Part shown: one piece after another, positions 60,292 through 64,000 of the stretch
How the letters are laid out: each line of letters opens with the position of its first letter
Position numbering within the stretch: position 1 is the first letter of the stretch
Origin: Candidatus Argoarchaeum ethanivorans
Lineage (GTDB): Archaea > Halobacteriota > Methanosarcinia > Methanosarcinales > EX4572-44
Direction of reading: 5' to 3'
NCBI GenBank assembly: GCA_004193545.1
Contig: RPGO01000030.1
Coordinates: 4,790-68,789, forward strand
DNA length: 64,000 bases
Notes under the pieces: generated by a model
The model's database searches: none
What the model was told of the DNA's origin: nothing
The model's input: the letters and a program-made list of their open reading frames with translations, nothing else
Translations under genes and position numbers: made by a program

Positions 60292-60711
60292 GTGATAGTC
60301 ATTGATGCTTCCGGACTCATATTAGGACGTCTTTCAAGTATGATTGCTAAACGTTTGCTTGAGGGTGAAACAGTTTCTATTGTCAATGCTGAAAAAGCGA
60401 TTATTTCAGGTTCGGCAACAACCACGTTTAAAGGATATCTACAAGCAACACAGCGTGGTATCAAGGAACAAGGTCCATATTACCCTAAAAGACCTGATAT
60501 GATTCTTAAACGAACAGTCAGGGGCATGCTGCCGCATAAACGGCGGCGCGGAAGAGATGCCCTCTCTCATCTCAAGGTTTATGTTGGTGAACCAGGGGAA
60601 CTTAAGCAGGAAGCAAGGAGTAAATTAGAGGGCACATCCATGAAACGGCTCAGCACCATCAAGCATATTGGACTTGATGACTTGAGCAGGCAACTTGGTG
60701 GTAAATTCTAA
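60292..60711 (+). CDS. rpl13: 50S ribosomal protein L13
   Basis: ILGRL.S, VNAEK, GPYYPKRPD, RGMLP. Confidence 0.95.
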   Translation: MIVIDASGLILGRLSSMIAKRLLEGETVSIVNAEKAIISGSATTTFKGYLQATQRGIKEQGPYYPKRPDMILKRTVRGMLPHKRRRGRDALSHLKVYVGEPGELKQEARSKLEGTSMKRLSTIKHIGLDDLSRQLGGKF

Positions 60712-60719
60712 AGGAGTAA

Positions 60720-61130
60720 TTGTATTTGGTTAAAATTATTAATACTTCAGGTAAAAAGAAAACTGCAATAGCACGTGCTACTCTAAAAGAGGGAAAAGGA
60801 TGCATCAGGATTAATAAAGTGCCCATCGAAATTATTGAGCCAGAGCTTGTTAGACTAAAGATGATTGAACCTGTTCGACTCTGCAACGATGACGTGATTA
60901 ACAGCATTGATGTTAATGTAGTGGTTAAAGGCGGGGGCATTATGGGCCAGGCTGGAGCAGTCAGGACTGCTATTGCCAAGGGACTTGTAGAGTGGAGTGG
61001 AGACCCCGCACTCAAGGATGCATTACTTGAATACGATAGGTCTCTTCTTGTTAATGATTCGCGCCAGAAAGAATCCAAGAAGTTTGGAGGGCCTGGTGCA
61101 AGAGCCAAGAGACAAAAGTCGTACAGGTGA
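60720..61130 (+). CDS. rps9: 30S ribosomal protein S9
   Basis: [34 protein letters not shown]. Confidence 0.96.
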   Translation: MYLVKIINTSGKKKTAIARATLKEGKGCIRINKVPIEIIEPELVRLKMIEPVRLCNDDVINSIDVNVVVKGGGIMGQAGAVRTAIAKGLVEWSGDPALKDALLEYDRSLLVNDSRQKESKKFGGPGARAKRQKSYR

Positions 61131-61136
61131 ATATGA

Positions 61137-61322
61137 ATGATACCGGTTAGATGTTTTACCTGTGGTAAGGTTATTGGAAGTGTGTGGGAAGAATTCACAA
61201 AGCGCAGCGAGAGCGAGGATGCTGGTGCGGTGCTTGACGATCTCGGGATTAATCGGTATTGCTGTCGAAGGATGCTCCTTTCTCATGTTAAACTCGTGGA
61301 TATACTTTCACCCTACCAGTAG
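61137..61322 (+). CDS. rpoN: RNA polymerase subunit N (Rpo10)
   Basis: [18 protein letters not shown]. Confidence 0.96.
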   Translation: MIPVRCFTCGKVIGSVWEEFTKRSESEDAGAVLDDLGINRYCCRRMLLSHVKLVDILSPYQ

Positions 61323-61396
61323 GGGTTGTAGGGTAGCCTGGACCATCCTGCAGCGTTCGGGACGCTGTGACCTGAGTTCGAATCTCAGCAACCCCA
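61322..61396 (+). tRNA. tRNA-Pro (CGG)
   Basis: Acceptor stem GGGGTTG/CAACCCC, anticodon arm CAGCG-TTCGGGA-CGCTG, T-arm CTGAG-TTCGAAT-CTCAG. No intron; CCA not encoded. Confidence 0.95.
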
Positions 61397-61490
61397 AAAT
61401 CGCGATGGAATCCAGTATAAAGCAGTGTCCACTTTCAGAGGGATTATAGAAACATATAATTAATGATTGATTCAAAAATGTGGTGATTAA

Positions 61491-61733
61491 TTGGAGATAG
61501 ATAAATATACACGATATGAACGTGCCAGAATCGTTGGTGCACGTGCTTTGCAAATTTCGATGGGTGCACCGGTGCTGATTCCGGATGCAAAAGGTGAACC
61601 AATCGATATCGCTATTGAAGAACTGCGCCTTGGCGCTATTCCTATCACTGCAAAGCACGAACACAGAGTGTATAAAATAATTACCAAAAGTATGGTTGAA
61701 GAACCTGAAATAAAAAAAGATGAGGCGATATAA
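61491..61733 (+). CDS. rpoK: RNA polymerase subunit K (Rpo6)
   Basis: [21 protein letters not shown]. Confidence 0.95.
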   Translation: MEIDKYTRYERARIVGARALQISMGAPVLIPDAKGEPIDIAIEELRLGAIPITAKHEHRVYKIITKSMVEEPEIKKDEAI

Positions 61734-61734
61734 A

Positions 61735-62352
61735 ATGGAACAGGAAATTATACCAGTATCAGATATAGAATATGAACCACTAATTCCCATTGATGAGTAT
61801 TTGTCAGCAGGAATTCACATAGGCACTCAGCAAAAGAACCATAAAATGATGAAATTTGTCTATCGAGTCAGGGCAGATGGTTTGTATGTGCTTGATATTC
61901 AAAAAACTGATGAACGGGCACGATTGGCAGCAAAATTACTCTCAAAATATAATCCATCACGCATACTGGTGGTATCAGCAAGACAGTATGGGCATTACCC
62001 AGCCACACAGTTTACCAGGATAATCGGTGCAAAAATCATCACTGGTAGATTTATACCAGGCACACTTACCAACCCAAAACTGGATAGGTATATTGAACCG
62101 GACATTGTTTTGGTTACAGACCCGCACGGGGATGCGCAAGCAGTCAGTGAAGCAGTTAATATTGGCATACCGGTGATGGCTTTGTGTGATACGAATAACT
62201 CCACATCAAACGTTGATTTTATCATACCAACAAACAATAAAGGTCGAAAAGCCCTTGCTTTAATCTACTGGCTATTAGCAAAGACTATAAAAGCAGAGAA
62301 AGGCGATACTACATTTAATTACGAGCTTTCGGATTTTGAAACAGAATTGTGA
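61735..62352 (+). CDS. rps2: 30S ribosomal protein S2
   Basis: [30 protein letters not shown]. Confidence 0.95.
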   Translation: MEQEIIPVSDIEYEPLIPIDEYLSAGIHIGTQQKNHKMMKFVYRVRADGLYVLDIQKTDERARLAAKLLSKYNPSRILVVSARQYGHYPATQFTRIIGAKIITGRFIPGTLTNPKLDRYIEPDIVLVTDPHGDAQAVSEAVNIGIPVMALCDTNNSTSNVDFIIPTNNKGRKALALIYWLLAKTIKAEKGDTTFNYELSDFETEL

Positions 62353-62364
62353 GTGTGAGTGGGC

Positions 62365-63156
62365 ATGCGGCGCAGTCCTACAGCAATAGGATTCTACCAG
62401 GGAAACCCGGATGATCTAAAAAAGTCAATAAAACAATTGATACCAGACATCCCAAAACATGAAAATGCGCTTGGTGTGGTGGTACCTCATGCTGGATATA
62501 TATACTCAGGCAGAACTGCCGGATGTGTGTATGCTGCACTACCTCATGCCGACACGTACGTGATTCTTGGGCCAAACCATACCGGTATGGGTTCGCAGGT
62601 TGCAGTATCCACTGATGTGTGGAATACTCCTCTTGGTGACGTGCATGTGGACCAGGACTTTGTGAGTATGCTTCCAGGAAATGTCATCGATTATGATGAG
62701 ATAGCACATCAGAGAGAGCACTCCATTGAAGTACAGCTCCCTTTTCTACAATATACCCAGAAAGATTTTAAGATCGTACCAATATGTATCAGTAATCAGT
62801 ATGAAGAGACGGCACTGAGAATCGGGGAAGAAATTGTGGAAGCCGCTCAAAAAAGCAGCAAGAGGGTAATAATAATAGCATCAAGCGATTTTACGCATTA
62901 CCAACCAGCAGACATTGCACACAAAAAAGACATGCCTGTTATAAATGCCATACTTGATTTTGACATACATAAGATGTATTCCATATTATATGAATTAAAT
63001 GCCACTGTCTGTGGCTATGGTGCGATCGCTGCGATGCTGTATGCTGCTAAAAAACTTGGTGCATCAACTTCAGAACTGCTTGATTATTCGACAAGCGGCG
63101 ATGCTACAGGAGATAACAGCAGCGTGGTTGGATATGCAGGAATCATCGTGGAATAA
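62365..63156 (+). CDS. amrB: AmmeMemoRadiSam system protein B (MEMO1 family)
   Basis: PHAGYIYSG, GPNH, EHSIEVQLPFLQ, SSDFTHY, CGYG, VVGYAG. Confidence 0.92.
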   Translation: MRRSPTAIGFYQGNPDDLKKSIKQLIPDIPKHENALGVVVPHAGYIYSGRTAGCVYAALPHADTYVILGPNHTGMGSQVAVSTDVWNTPLGDVHVDQDFVSMLPGNVIDYDEIAHQREHSIEVQLPFLQYTQKDFKIVPICISNQYEETALRIGEEIVEAAQKSSKRVIIIASSDFTHYQPADIAHKKDMPVINAILDFDIHKMYSILYELNATVCGYGAIAAMLYAAKKLGASTSELLDYSTSGDATGDNSSVVGYAGIIVE

Positions 63157-63304
63157 CATCATAGGAAATGTCTTATTCTTTGGAATTTGGGTTCGTGACT
63201 TAATACAAGAGAAAAATGAAAGAGAGCATGTGATGATTGAAGTTCGTCCGGAGTTATGTTCGAAATCATAGCGCTGAAACAGGATGTCCTGATTTTGATC
63301 CGGA

Positions 63305-63810
63305 GCATAATGGTTTTTTTGTTCTATCGCACCATTTTTCGTGTGACCTTGCCGTCGTCGCTCACGTTCCATCGCAGGTCGGGCAGGTGGGCTTGCGGCT
63401 CGCTATTTAAAATATCGGTCAGGCGATGACAGGCTCACTAATCACGAGGTACTCCGAAGAGGCTTGTGATGCCGGAACCGGCGTATCATCTTCCACCAAT
63501 CCGTTCACATGCAGTACGATTGCGTCATACATATTTTGCTTAACTTCTTCGTATGTGTTGCCAGTTGCCACACAACCGGGCAGGTCTGGCGAATATGCTG
63601 AGTAGTTCCCGTCTGCTTTTTCGATAACAATTAAAAACTTATACATAATTATCTCCTTTCAGTTAGTTTCGCCTATCGAACGAGTGGCTGCCGACCGCGA
63701 TTTCGAGAGCGATCGCGGCGTCTTTAGCTCGAACCACAAGACTTGTACAGCTTGATCACTATATGAGGCATAATGGTTTTTTTTGTCCTATCGCACCATT
63801 TTTCGTGTGA
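63305..63810 (+). repeat. ~42-bp direct repeat flanking a hicB-containing insert
   Basis: GCATAATGGTTTTTTT(T)GT(T/C)CTATCGCACCATTTTTCGTGTGA at 63305-63346 and 63768-63810. Confidence 0.85.
63419..63646 (-). CDS. hicB: HicB-family antitoxin (orphan)
   Basis: YSAYSPDLPGCVATG.T.EE...N...AI..H. Confidence 0.88.
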   Translation of the reverse strand: MYKFLIVIEKADGNYSAYSPDLPGCVATGNTYEEVKQNMYDAIVLHVNGLVEDDTPVPASQASSEYLVISEPVIA

Positions 63811-64000
63811 ATACAAAGAGGAAGAGTGCAACCATAAATACTCCAATGAAGACTTCAATTGATGTTGCCAATCTACTCCAGCCTGTTGGGTGGAGGTCGC
63901 CGTAGCCGAGTGAGGTGAAGGTGACGATGCTTGTGTAAAGCGCCCAGAGGAAGTCGTAGAATAGCTGTGTCAGGTTGGGTGTGAGTCTGGTTGCGAGGTC
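63788..64000 (-). CDS. Potassium-channel pore domain protein, 3' end (partial)
   Basis: Minus frame reads ...LYTSIVTFTSLGYGDLHPTGWSRLATSIEVFIGVFMVALFLFVFTRKMVR* (GYGD filter). Not in the ORF track. Confidence 0.85.
   Translation of the reverse strand, partial: DLATRLTPNLTQLFYDFLWALYTSIVTFTSLGYGDLHPTGWSRLATSIEVFIGVFMVALFLFVFTRKMVR

Overview
Archaeal chromosome segment. RadB, S3Ae, the L18e-L13-S9-RpoN-tRNA-Pro-RpoK-S2 operon, a PGF-CTERM protein and Methanosarcinales-type S-layer domains point to a Methanosarcinia/ANME-2-like or alkane-oxidising archaeon; this is inference, since no mcr or rRNA gene is in the window. The main feature is a ~27 kb multiheme cytochrome c (MHC) locus at 22.5-49.1 kb with about 91 canonical CxxCH motifs plus 8 motifs with non-standard spacing (hand count). 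It encodes two giant MHCs (2565 aa with a beta-helix domain; 2145 aa with S-layer domains and a C-terminal membrane anchor), three paralogous small secreted cytochromes that resemble archaeal nanowire (ECN) subunits, a co-located SipW/Sec11-type signal peptidase, CcmF and three pentaheme paralogues. Next to it is a complete RsbR/S/T stressosome module whose last gene has an unusual domain layout. A family of GNA-triloop palindromic intergenic repeats (REP/BIME-like) occurs at 7 loci. There are two IS pile-ups: three IS630 elements chained at CTAG, and MITE/ISNCY-like/IS5 elements chained at GCAATATC, where the IS5 carries a passenger gene. Some duplications and frameshifts may be assembly or read artefacts.
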